NCBI GenBank assembly: GCA_024679065.1
Contig: JAGIQG010000009.1
Coordinates: forward strand, 99,882,001 to 99,946,000
Direction of reading: 5' to 3'
DNA length: 64,000 nt
Source of the DNA: Sphyrna mokarran
Lineage: Eukaryota
A program made the position numbers and the translations under genes. Under the pieces are notes generated by a model. It ran no database searches, was not told where the DNA came from, and saw only the letters and a program-made list of their open reading frames with translations. Below, one piece after another: positions 36,561-49,510 of the stretch (position 1 is the stretch's first letter; each line of letters begins with the position of its first letter).

Positions 36561-39189
36561 TATTTTGCATAATGGCCTTTCTGTTGCATTTTACAGAGTG
36601 CGTTTTTGGAATTGCATTACTCAAACAAGGCGATTTATGAGCTATGCTGACAATTGCATTCTTAAAGAGTCTCAAATAACTATTTTAAACTCAATTTTCA
36701 ATTCAATGGAACTATGTTGCTGTTGACTATGCCATTATTTTCGATGTCATCGTCAATATTTTGTTTATGATAGAATCCAGATATTTTTCAAGACAGTATA
36801 TTGGAATAAATAGATTTCATTCTCCATTTTCTCTCTCTGACGAGAGGTGGTGGCAGGTGAGGGAGGATAACGTTTGCGGGATGTCAATGATGGGAGCTGT
36901 TGGATCCTGTGAACAATTGTATTCCACAACCGGTTCTCTATGTTACCTCCTTTCTCCCTCCTTCAAAGCCTGCCGCTGCCCACGCGATGCTACTAACAAT
37001 ATAAAAAAGTGCATGTTGTGCATGTGAAGCACATATGCTTCTGCAGTTGGGAAGGATAAGCATTCGTGAAAATCGCCGCCATATGGAAATGCTGCATAGA
37101 TCCTTGCGATATTGAGGGGTCCACCGTTCCAATAATGAGGTTGTCTATCACTGGGTGGACGCTGACGTTCCTAGGAGTCAGACATTCTCCTGATATCCTT
37201 CCAAACTGCACTTTAGAACAGATAATGGGACGATAAAACAGGGAAGAATCATCGTCAGCAACACCTGCTTGTAAACTCTCCATTACGCTATTACAGATAG
37301 GGGCGAGTTTCGTCTCGAGTCTGGCATTCGCAGGCTGTATGGTTGGAGCTAAATGTTCAGAGCAAAAATAACTTGATGTGAATAGTAACTGGGTCCCAAT
37401 TAGTATCTGACTTTTGTCCAAGGTTTGGGTCATTGTGCTGCTTCAATTCGGAAACAAAGTTCCAGAATCAGAGCTTCAACTGGAATACTTCAGTTAATTA
37501 ACAATATATATGTCTTTGAATAGCTGTGCGAGAAGAGTGATTCGCGTTGGGCAAGGAATGCAGTGATATCGGGGCAGATGGAGAATGCCAAATTCAATGC
37601 AAACATTATAGTCATGATCTTACTGAACGATGGAGCAGACTCAAGGGCCGAATAGCCCATCTCTGATTCTCTTTGACATATTCGCATATTATGAAGATGA
37701 TTGTTGCTCTTTCAGTGTGCGTCGTGTTATAATCAAGGCCGGCATGCCAAAGGTGGTTTATGAAGTCAGCCAAGACAGAAGGAACATGCACTTTGAATTT
37801 GGAACGTGTGATAATACAATGCCCACTTCAGTTATGATTCAATTGTTCAGCCAAGATGGCATGATCAAAAAAAAAATTAAGAATACACTTAGCACATGTT
37901 AAGAAAATTAGCATAACGTTTACTAATTACAAAAAAAATCCATCACATTTTTTGAACCTTAAGAACTAATTGTGCTATCTCAAGCCCCAACAGCCATACA
38001 AACAAGCGTCATTACAGACTTAGTAAAAATAACACATTTATGTTCACCTGGTGATGATTCTAGCCGCATTATGACATCTGTTGTTTGGTAATCCCATAGA
38101 TATGGAATTGAAACGCTGACGCTTTCCCCCACTAAAAGTTTGAGCATATGTCGAGAAAAAAACGACATCATTTGCTCTAGCTTTTAGCTAGCTATCTATC
38201 GGCAGCTGAATTTCCAATAACGGAATGAGCGACAAAACACTGCTTTCAATGTGTTGTCCAAACAGATTCTGCCAACATGAAAATAATTAATTTCTATTTC
38301 TCCTGCGGAAGAAGAAACTGAGCGGCCATAGAGTCACAAACAACGATTTCTTAAAGGAGCCCAATACAAAAAGATGCTGCATTAGAACATATAAAAATTT
38401 CTCATGATAATCTCTCCAACAGTATCCATCGGAAGCCTAGCGAATCTCAAAAGAAGCTTGTGTATAGTTGTTCAAACACCAAAAAATGTAAGAACTCCAG
38501 GTCATGCTCTCAGTTCCTCAAACTCCACACATCCGTTCCGATGGTCTCACTTTCCAAAGTAAAGCTGATTATTTTCCTTCTTTTCCTGATTTGTGGTTAT
38601 CGAGCCATTGCTATTTACAGGGCTCTCAACCGCATCCAACTCATCAATGGACCACTGCTCTCATCCCTTCCCTCCTCCCATAGACAGCCCTCCCTCCAAA
38701 ACCTCATGTTTCACCTCAGTAACTCCGTAGCTCAGTAGATAGCCTTTTGACTTTCCAAACTGTCCTGCCATTTTTTCTTTATTAATTGATTGTCACACTT
38801 TCCCAACAACAAATACTCTGTAACTTTTTACATTTTACATTTCTCCTTTTGTAAATAAGGATTATCATTATCATTTTCACAGTCCATTGGAACCTCCACG
38901 TATCTGGGCAAAAGTCCTCTGCAATCCGTTTAACAATCATTTACCGTAAAGGAATGACATCTAGAAATCTCGTACGCAGCCATTGTTGTCATTAAAACGG
39001 ATTTGCAGAGTAGATTTTTAGGCAGTCCTATGCATTTTGTTAAGACACTTATTAAATTGTCCTCAAATGCCGGAATGGCCATGAAGGATTATTTCCTGGT
39101 ATAGGAATGGCTATTTCCTGGCACATTTGACACGACTGGAAAAATATAGCCACATCGTTATGCGGTCCAGAAAAATAGAATGTGTTCGT

Positions 39190-39680
39190 ATATTGACTCT
39201 ACTTTTCATTTTTCCCGAATGAAGTTCAACTGGAACGTCATGTGCTATCTTCACGATTTGAGTATGGCTCTCGTCTTAACCTGCGACAGAGTTGGTAGAA
39301 CAGTGTGATATGATTGCTAGCATATTAATGGATCTAGCAACTGGAGTCTGGACATTCATGAGGTGCTATGGGCCATCAACAGCAGGGAACTGTAATCCAC
39401 CACAATCTGCAACCCCATGACCAGACATGGCGTCTATTCAAGCATTGCTATCAAGCCCAAGTATCAACACTGGTTCAATGGCGAGTGCAGCAAGGGCCTC
39501 CAGGAGAAGAACCACGCATAACTAAAAATGACGTGTCAATCTGGTGAAATGACTAGTCATGACTACTTGTATAACACGCAGCACGAAGAGGAATTGCTAG
39601 ACAGAGATATTTGATCTCATAATTAACAGGCCACATGAAAGCTCTGCAATCTTGTGAAATGCTGTTGTGAATTATGACTG
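39190..39680 (+). mobile_element. Degraded non-LTR ORF2 fragment (between endonuclease and RT)
   Basis: 'caacactggttcaatggcgagtgc' (Q.WFN.EC, a PWF-type motif); possibly the same family as 31225-31870. Confidence 0.55.
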
Positions 39681-40005
39681 CTACATATGCTAAAGATAAC
39701 AGTGTGTTTTATAGCGAAGTACCTGGAAATACGTACAGATCTACAGAGGGGACGGGCTGCACATAGATTTGCAGGGGAAAAGGCCAATACATAAACATCA
39801 TGAATTATCCTATGTCATGGAAATTTGAACGTACAACATCATTCATGGAAGTATGCAATAAATCGTTTGGTTGAACTACTAAACCTTAAACACTTCGTCC
39901 TGTATTCCTTCTCTTAATGTAGAGATGCCGGCGTTGGACTGGGGTAAACCCAGTAAGAGGTCTGACAACACAGATTTTAAATCCAACCGATTTATTTGAT
40001 TGTAA

Positions 40006-40045
40006 ACTTGCTAGCTTTCGGCCTTTGTGCCTTCGTCAGGCAAAT
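40006..40045 (-). ncRNA. Minimal type I hammerhead ribozyme (PLE-associated)
   Basis: AUUUGC-CUGACGA-A-GGC-acaaag-GCC-GAAA-GC-UA^GCAAGU: intact core, 6-bp stem I, 3-bp stem II, palindromic AGCU in place of stem III. Confidence 0.85.
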
Positions 40046-40261
40046 GAGGTTGTCTGGTTTGCAATAGCACACATATCAGCACAGACAGTTTACAGATTGC
40101 CGATTAGGATGCAAATCCTTACACCTAACCTGCTATTCAAGTCTTAAAGTGGCTAACAATGTTAGTGGAAGGAGCACTGAGCACACGTTAGAGAGATGTG
40201 TATTGTCTCCAGACGGCACACTAAGTGAGGTTTTTTTCCTAACCCAGGCAAGTCATGGGGG

Positions 40262-40770
40262 TTACACATAGTGTGACATCAAGCCAAGATCCCTGTTAAG
40301 ACCGTCTTTATGTGTGCAGAACTTGGCTATCAGTCTCTGCTCAGTGGCTCTGCGCTGTCGTGTGTCGTGAAGGCCCCCGTGAAAAACGTTTACCCGAAGG
40401 TCAGAGACCGAATGCCCGTGACTGCTGAAGTGTTCGCCCATAGGAAGGGAACTGTTTTGCCTGGTGATTGTCGAGCGATGTTCATTCACTCGCTGTCGTA
40501 GTGCCTGCATGGTCTCCCCAATGTACCATGCTTCGGGACATCCTTTTTTGCAACGTATTAGGTAGACAACGTTGGCCGAGTTGCAAGAGTATGTACCGTG
40601 TACCTGGTGAATGGTATTCTCACGTTTGATGATGTCATCCATATCGATGATGCGGCATGTCTTGCAGAGGTTGCTGTGGCAGGGTTGTGTGGTATTGTGC
40701 TCACTGTTCTCCGGAAGGTTGGGTAGTTTGCTGCGAACAATGATCTGTTTGAGGTTGTGCGGTTGTCTGA
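40262..40770 (-). pseudogene. PLE GIY-YIG endonuclease domain (C-terminus of PLE ORF)
   Basis: CHSNLCKTC, NVVYLIRCKKGC..WYIGET, R..EH, E.RLI, GLNRD; frameshift upstream in the poly-C tract. Confidence 0.9.
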
Positions 40771-41134
40771 AGGCAAGACATGGGGGGGTGGGGTGGGGAT
40801 GGCACTAGCGAGATGTTCATCATCATCAATGATATGCTGAATACTCCGGAGAAGATGTCGTAGCTTCTCCGCTCCTGAGAAGTACTGGACAACAAAGGGT
40901 ACTCTGTCCACCGTGTCCCGTTTTCGTCTTTTGAGGTCAGTGCCGTCACCCCCCTTCCCCCCTCCACTTCTTGCCTTCAGATTAGCACAAAGATTACACA
41001 GGATATATATACCTATGTTTTTAGCATGCTGACAATTGGATACAATGTAATTTATTTTCTGCAATCATTCATAATTTTAGATATGTTTTATGACTTGTTA
41101 TATGATCACACTTAAGTGTAATAATAGTTTCTAT

Positions 41135-41240
41135 AAACATGGACAGGGATCGCGGGTAGAGGTGGGAACATCGGGGTGGCGGCACGGGCTCGTTGGGCCG
41201 AAGGGCCTGTTTGCCGTGCTGTTCTGTTCTTTGTTCTTTC
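41135..41240 (+). mobile_element. CR1 3'UTR tail
   Basis: 'gggccgaagggcctgtttgccgtgctgttctgttctttgttct'. Confidence 0.7.
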
Positions 41241-44200
41241 CATGTATGTCACCTATTTCTGGACAGAGGCATATTGGAGTCATAACTGCTAATACTGATA
41301 ATACTGAATTGATTATTTTTTTCTTCATTCGTCCATCAGTTATTGAACACTTATCTGAATTCTTAATTTGGTGTTGGTAACTTTGTGGAACACCAATTGA
41401 ACTTCAGGCACATCTGTGCCTTTCGAAGTATTGAGAAATAATTAATCAAATTCATTCGCCTAAAACAAAAGAAATACTATCGCATGTAATGAAGTAATTG
41501 TAAGCAATCTGCTGGCGCACATTAGTTTTGGAAGGGTAACGGATGCATGGACTTTCACAAACCCTAAATTTCAAGACTGGAAGTTTTCCCGATTGAAAGA
41601 ATCCATGAATCATATTTCATAATATTTCATGTGTCAAAATGTACAGGCAACTCGTGATGGTAAGGTAGCAGTTCAAAGCTTGACCTTCAGATAACTAAAA
41701 TTTTGTATCGATGGTCTTACAAAGACGTCTGTCTTAAAGGAATGTTATGTAAATTAGGTTGTTCATAGTACTCATTTTCTCAAGATTTCTCAGCAGTACT
41801 TCCATCTAGGAAAGACTTACTAAGGTTTTACGCCCTATACCTACTCTGGCAAAACACAATCATCTAATCAGTATCGTAATTCTTCACGCATGAAAAGCTC
41901 ACAAAGAAGAAAAAAAAATGTTTTACGCCCAGGTTGTTCATATTGTGCGCTGTATGGCCTCTCCGAAATACCAATGACAACAACTTTGCTTTGCAGGAAC
42001 ACACGCGACATTCCCTTGCGGGCGTATGCAGTTGGTTAAATTGTTTTCTTTCTCCCACTTACTGGCATCATCGGTAATAAACCTACTTTAGAGATCTTGA
42101 CACAAAATATGATTCTCTCAATTTGGACTGAGCCCATAGAAATAGTTTTGAGCCATGTTTCATGAAAATTATATGGATCGTGATAGGTCCTGCGAGACAA
42201 ATTGAGACCTGAATTGATCGTGTGGTGTTGCCACAAAACAAATGAAAAATAAAGGAGTACAACTAGACTTAATGTACTATCCCTATTGTCTCCTTACAGC
42301 GAGCTTCATTTTAATTATTACAGTGACAGCGTGAGGAAGTGCCATACCACCAAGCACAGCTGCCCTTTTAATCTGATTATCTCCACCGTGATGTGAAATA
42401 ATCAGTGTCATGGATAAATTATCAGTCACCTTTTTCGTCAGGAAACAATTTGTGATAGTATGTGAGATAAAATTCAAACCGTAGCTTGGATACGGCAACT
42501 GCAAGAAAATATCATCATGATGTTTACATCAAGATTACATCATAATCTTGATTACCGCTAACACGGTGTTACCACCAAATCTAGGAGATTGCAAGACTTG
42601 CACAAGAAGGAAAACCATTTCATGATCAGTTTAGGGACATCGTTTCGCCTCTGATTCTCGATTCTTCTCTACTGTCTGTTATTAACTGTCGAATTTTTGC
42701 CAGGTTGTTTGCCGATGTCAATCCCTATGCATACCGCTGATTTCTCTGAATGTCCGGAGCCGGACATGCCTCCTGCTCGTGTGCTTCCCAATTTGATTTG
42801 CTCCATTTCACAGTGTTCCCTCTCCTCTCCCTCTGGCTGCTTCTTGTTTTGTAAAGAGTGGAAGAGCACGCGTTCATTCTTTGAGCCAAATTCCATAACT
42901 CACCTATTTCCCACATTTAATTTTAGTGCTCCATCGAGAGGAAACCCACGCAGCTAGCCGCGTGCCCTGCCAAACAATTTCAATTAATGATGGTAAAAAC
43001 ACATCGGTGTGTTCTGTCTGGGCAAGTATAAGTGTCGTCAATCAACCGACTGAGCATATGAACATTCTGACATATAAAAGTTGAGCAAATGGAATAAGAA
43101 TGGGGGAAGTTGATTCAAACCCTCGATATTTCTCAGCCATTTAGTAAAATAACCAGTTATTTTGTTTATATTTCCAATATTAGATACAAATTAAATACCC
43201 AACAATGACGAATCTGTGACGTTTCTGTTGGCTCATGATGACACCTTTTATAGCCTTTCAAATATGGTTACAAATAATTATCAGCAATAAGACAATTTAC
43301 TATCTATTAACAAATGTAATAAATTAGCTGTATAAATAATTAGCCTCTCACATTATAACAATGTATGCAATCTTCAATTCATACTGTAATTAATGATTAA
43401 ACTAACATATGAAACAACGCTTTAATTAAGCCGGAAAGTTAATAATATGTTATCTTGAAGAGTTTTTTTTTCTAACGATATTCACGAAATAGTTTCATTT
43501 GATTTGGTTTAAAATATAGTGAATTTCAAGTATCCTGAGCTAAGATTTAAATATTTTAAGATCATTACCTGACAAATATTCATTAAAACAATGAATTGCA
43601 TATGGCATAAGTTATGCAAAACAGCATAGAATCGTTGATTGCAGGTTGACTTTATGTACATTTGAGTGTGCTTGCGATGAGAACTTATGCACCGTCGAAG
43701 TAATAAGGTAATGATTTTTTTAAAGGAAAGTGATCGTGAAAATGGCGGGTCTGTTCTTGTCAATAATAATAACGTGTTCTGAAAACATGTTTGTGGTAAA
43801 ATTAGATGCATGTTTTTTGTCCAGGTTAATGACATCTGCCGATGCACTTGAACAACTGAGATAATTTTCCGAACTTGACTAAAGTTTTAAATATAGCACA
43901 TACTAATTATAAATGGAGCAAAAACATTAATGCATGACCAAACGACAGAAAGAATTAGTTATTCGCTGTTGTTTTTTCCTGCTGCTCTCTACCTCTATTA
44001 AGTGAAGAGATTGATGGGAATGGCTCTTCCATTTTTTTTTACTTAAACGCTTTGTAAAACCTTAGAAAGACAAGGGACACTTTTGGAAAGACACATTTCA
44101 GAAGTTGTTGGAATAAAGATGTTTTCAACACTTTACCTATATCTTTCTGGAGTAGTTTCGTTTCTGTTTATTAAAAAAAACCAACCGATTACGTTGTTGA

Positions 44201-46864
44201 AACACAGACTAACTTATTCCAAATACAATTTCTCCAGACTATGGTACCTATATTCATGCCGAGGTATTTGAATCCCATTCATCAATGTTCTATCATGTAC
44301 TTATTGTTATGGCATTGATACAGTAAGTCCTATATGACAATGTTGCATTGAATTGAATAAAAAATGTAATGTTAAAAACAAAACGACCTAATATATTTCA
44401 CAGAGATGACCTTTCTTTTCGACACGATCAGTCCCGCTATGACCTTAGCGACGACGTAAATATATGAACGCATCTGTTTAGAGAAAATAAAGCAAGCTGC
44501 TCAGGTTACCTTAAGACTCCAGGCCAACATGTATCACATAAACTGACTCCAAGTTTCCAGTTCATCTGTAACTCGTCTGCAAGTGTAACTTTTCCATGCG
44601 CAGACCTCAAGAAGCAAACACGCCTATTGAGTGTGCCAAACTTTCACATTTGCGGAGTTCTCAGTAATTTTCCGTCATTTCTCAATTTCCCTTGATTTTC
44701 AGTTGATTGTGGCTCTTTCAACACGTGTGGTTATGATATCTGCATTCCTTCCGTAAGACCTTATGTGTTGCACGCTTTATCACTATTTTCCCGAAATTTC
44801 TCTTGCTTCGGCATTCAGCACCTTCCATCAATTAACGGATAAGGAGCCCATTTTCCTAGAATATATTATCATAATCCAGAACCATGTAGAAGTATAAATC
44901 TGTCAATGGAAAGGATCTTGCGTATGAAATTCCAGATATAAGCTAGAATCAATGAACTCCAAAGGAAGCAAAGTAACCTTGCAAAATTATGATACTTCAC
45001 GCTGCTATACATGTCGGGATTGACAACACGCAAATGTGAATGCAAAATGTTATATTTTTTCCCTAAATTAGCACTTACATATGAAATTAGATTTCTCCAT
45101 ATTTGCAGTTGATTTTTTAGGCAAACATCGAATTTTCCTGCGAACTGGATGATTTTGTAAAGAACAGCTGAAGAAAGTAATAGAGAGATGGGCGCCTAAT
45201 CTACATTCAGGGTTTCATTCATGCCAAGCGTGAAATACCTCAATACTCATGACGGAAATTACGACAAAAATTTGACAGTTGCACATTGTAAAATATGTAT
45301 CATTGAAAAATAATGAAAATTAATGGGGTTACTCCTAATTTTGACGATGTAATAAAATGTGCAAATATCAAGTCAACTAATGGTGAATGGACGCCATTGA
45401 TAGTAAATAGGTGGTGGTAATGTGGACACAAACTATACGATAAATATTGAAATAGCGCACTTTCCCTGTAAGAGGTTTTATATGTTGTCAGTCTACAGGA
45501 AGATCACTAAAATTCAATGTGCTAATTGCTACAATGTTATCTTCATAAAATACTGTGTTATCCCTACCGATAGTTTGCAGTGCTCTTCTTAATTGGCTCG
45601 TTTCTGGAAATTAGAACACATTGACATTTAATGTATTTAATTGATGACTAGGTGCATATATGTCCTCTACTGATTGAATCGTGTTATGACTTTTCATTCA
45701 TTCTGCCCGACCAAGTTAGTTTTGACCATATTTAGAAAGTATGTCGTCAGTAACTATGAATTCATTAGATCGTGCATGCAGTAACCTTCAGAATCAATGA
45801 ATGAACTTGTCACCTCTTCTATCAAATTTTCGAGATCTACAGAACCTATTGGTGCACGTATATAAATAATATTGGTGGATTCTAATATCCTTAAATTATG
45901 TTACAAAATAGAAAACTGTGAGCTATTGTAACATTTGTGATGATATTTGGCTTTATTTGTCAAAATCACAAGTTCTTATATTTGTCTATGGTAAATGGAT
46001 TGAAGAGTGCATTTGAAGAATGCCGTTGTGGCAATGCTGGCTTCGGGACTCTGAAGTGTTTTGAAGTGGCTGTATTTCATTTAGGTGTTACTTATACATT
46101 GTTCCCGCAAAAAAAATCCAATCTGGTCAATAGAGCTGTTAAGCTTATGGTGCATACTTCAAGCGTGGGTTAGCATTTGTTTTGTTTGAAGCAGTTTTAG
46201 ATGCTCATCATTTGTGATGTATTTGTTTCTTTTCTGCCGAGCTGAAAATGTCCGTAAAAAGAAATCAACTAAGACTCATAACAGGTGGTAAGAAAACTGA
46301 GCATCCCAATCTACTACTAGATAGAGGAAAACTCACAGCTCTGATAAAAGTTGATGAGAAATTTGCCAGCTTTCTCATAGGTTCTTGTCATCCGCTTTCC
46401 AATATTTCGCCTGAAAGCAAGGCAGGTGTGCGAGATCTATGACTAGCAATAATGGTGGCCTGGTTGTGAAATTTCTGCCTCAGATTGATTTCTTTAAACT
46501 AATTATTTTGAATATTTTGCGTTTTGAATATATATTCTGCTGTAAATAGAAAAAAAACTGTTCCCAATTGTACAGAAATATAGGATCATTTTGTAAATAA
46601 ATGGTTAAAAATGTATTGCATTAATATTGTACTAAGTTTGCCCCCGGGTTATTTGTGAATCCTATTGAAGTTTCGTGTGTGTCATTGTATGCTGGAATAA
46701 CTGACGTCGACACCACGAGGTCGTGATGGACTTTTACTAAAAGGCCAATATGTCCACTGTCTCCACAGGCCTACCGTAAGCAGTGACGAATATTTAAAAT
46801 GTTCTAAAATGTTCATGTCGTGGAACCAATCTGCAAATATATTTTAATAAATTAAATTATCATT

Positions 46865-47200
46865 AAAATGATCAATCCCCACACTGCAGAAGAGGCCATT
46901 CGACCCGTCAAGTCCCACCATCTGGCCGACAGATTACCATGCCTACCCTTTCCCCACCCTATGCTGTAACCCCACATATTTTCCTTGGCAAATGATCTAA
47001 CCTACACTTCTGGGTGAATGAAGGGACAATTTAGCATAGTCAATTCGGCTAAAATGCACATTGTTAAAAGAGGGGAACTCCAGAACTTGGAGGAGACTCA
47101 GGCAGACACAATGAGAATTGCAGATGGTCAACCAGCGTCGGAATTGATCTCTGGTCCTTGGAGTTTTTAGACAACAGCGCTAACCAGCATTACAACGTGC
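46865..47200 (-). mobile_element. HE1-like SINE, degraded
   Basis: 'acactgcagaagaggccattcgacccgtcaag' tail, 'aatttagcatagtcaat' core, 'agcgctaacca' head. Confidence 0.7.
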
Positions 47201-47647
47201 ATTTAAATGTTGATTGCGTTTCATTTCGAATGTAAATAACAATAAGAAAACAAAAACTAATTCAAAGAAAACCATAGCGTGCCTTCATGAAACGCAAAGT
47301 CAATTCTAGAAAGATTCAATAGCGTTATGTTGTTTATATATAGCTAAAGTTTCTAATGTTCACGCGAAGCGCAAGTACAGACATAAAGTATAAGCTGAAC
47401 GGGTGAATATCTGCAAAATGCAACACGGATGAGACATTTATTTAATTCATGCTAAAAAGACCACAAATTTGGAAGATATGTTATGTCATGAAATGACATC
47501 AGCTCAGATTTTCATGGATTAACATGCTGCTTAACATGATCAGGATAGATAGACTCTTTTCAAAGTGCCTGAACATTAAATTAGAGGAACTCAAATAGCT
47601 ATGGAAACAGACTACTTCCAATAGTTCGAACATTTAACCTATATACG

Positions 47648-47778
47648 TGAATAGCAGGATTTACAGCCTCGCTCAAGCGAGACCGGATAATGCCATCAGG
47701 ATCAGTAGACATTTCAGTTCTCCGTGCCCTGCGCAGTCCGATTCCAGGGTGTGCGAGAAACGGTAGAATTCCAGCGAT
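47648..47778. mobile_element. Short MITE-like remnant
   Basis: 'gcaggatttac' ... 'gtagaattccagc' imperfect inverted ends. Confidence 0.35.
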
Positions 47779-48099
47779 ATCCTCAAATCGAATATTGGGC
47801 TCAGTGTTCGTTTAACATTAATGACTGAAACGGGTGATCATAATCAACTACGGTTACTCTATGTGAAAACAAATTAAATTTCATCAAATACATGCAACGG
47901 TGCTTCGCTGTTGCTCGATTCCAGGACGGACAGAAACAAATGTTTTTCCTCCAACAGACTTTACATTCGGGCATGCAATAGATATGTGCATCTGAATATA
48001 ATTGGTACAAAATTACCCTGTAAGTAAGTGCACCATTTGTTGCTTTCTGTAAAGATGATTTTTTTGGACGCATTAAGCCTTATAGTCCCGTGAAGGGCG

Positions 48100-48830
48100 A
48101 TGATAATGATCGGGCATTTTTAAGCATGAGAGAAAAAAGCACAAAATATATACTTCAATACCATGCTTGCACATAATAATAGAATGATGTTTAAATCCTA
48201 GCCCACTAAACAACTGAACAGATGAGAGAGGTGGAACTGGAGATACTGCTGTCTTCGAAGGTTAATAAATAAGAAGGGACAGGCAGAATGAATTACAGGT
48301 TGCTGGATGCAGGTAGAAAGGGAAAGATGCTTAGCAGATTAGTTTCCATACACACTAGATAACGGTAATATCAGGTTGATCTACAAAAATGCAACTGTTG
48401 TATAATAATTATTTAAGTGCGCCAGGTAGATAAACAAGGCTATAGATCGTCGTTCTAACTTCAGTGGTAAGCAAAATACTGGACATCATTCCGATAAACA
48501 GGATAAACTCACTTAAATAGGCACGAATTGATCAGCAATCGTCAAATTAAGGGAAAACCGTACCTTGATAATTAAAAAAAGGAAAGAACAAAGAGAAGTG
48601 ATCGAGACTGTGCATTGAATATTGACTACATGGATCTCCCTAAGATATTTCACAATGACCTACCAGTCAATAAGGTCATACACATGAGATTTCGATGAAT
48701 ACAGGAGAACGTGGCAAATTGGAAACAATATTAGGTGTCAACGGCCAATGGGTTATTTTAGGAATAAAACACAGTTTCCAATTATGTTCAACGAGGACAA
48801 TTGCTGGTTTTCTTTTATCAATCAATATAT
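48100..48830 (+). mobile_element. Very degraded CR1 ORF2 fragment
   Basis: 'ctatagatcgtcgttctaacttcagtggt' (YR...LTS), 'tacatggatctccctaagatattt' (YMD..K.F). Confidence 0.5.
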
Positions 48831-49294
48831 AACGATAGGACGTGGAGAAAAATATTAGACGCAAACTCGAAGATTATGCACACTGTTTTTTTGCATGTTC
48901 TCCTCGTGTCTGCGTGGATTTCCTCCCCCTCCGGTTCCCTCCCACTTGTTGTTCTTGTGAAAGATCATACTTGGTGAGGTGTTGTTCAGTGGTTTACTCA
49001 TCAATTCCTAAAAAGGTATCTTGAGGACATCAAACTATCTTGTTACCGTTCTGAGCACAGGAACAGTGTCTCATTTTCTGTCCCCAATTGAAAATATGCG
49101 ATCAGCAACCCCCTCTGTTGTTTTAGTTTACACCAGTGAAGCAATAGGCTGCGCACATTTCTTCCCAACTCTAACACATCAATGTCATGCTGACAACACC
49201 ACACCACATGCTGTGGTGTAATTCTTTTACAGGCAGGATCCTGCATCTGCTGTGTAATAGATTTAGCTCTGAAACGCTTTACCACAGAACGCAA

Positions 49295-49510
49295 ACATTG
49301 CATTTTTAATGAACGAGTTAGATATGGTTCTTGGGGCCAAAGGAGTTAGGGATAGGAACGAGGGAATGTGGTGGAAGCTGGGCATAGGGGGAAGGGAGAG
49401 GAATCAGGAACAGCTTGTTGAATTGCATGAACAGCCATGGCCATCAATGGTGGGACAACCTCCAAGGGATATCTGTCCTACTCCTCTTATTTTCTCCTGT
49501 GTCTATGTAA
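49295..49510 (+). mobile_element. CR1 3' end
   Basis: 'gagttagatatggttcttggggccaaagga', 'cctactcctcttattttc'. Confidence 0.6.

Larger units (their letters stand above)
39919..40981 (-). mobile_element. Penelope-like element copy 1, non-autonomous (GIY-YIG plus 3' pLTR; no RT)
   Basis: GIY-YIG ORF, 3' end 'ccagtccaacgccggcatctctac', hammerhead motif; short inverted segment at 40939-40981. Confidence 0.92.

Noticed and set aside
36993-37433. 146-aa minus ORF; also an 'RTDNGT' integrase-like word on the + strand
   Set aside because: No family motifs or convincing splice context; the isolated word has no supporting DDE context.
38720-38760. tRNA-like 'gtagctcagtagatagc'
   Set aside because: A-box only, with no T-arm or cloverleaf; likely a SINE head remnant. 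The same applies to the other SINE heads.
42036-42957. Splice-like sites and short ORFs (e.g. LFADVNPYAYR*), 10-bp hairpin at ~42528
   Set aside because: Signals conflict between strands and no coherent gene model or homology could be built.
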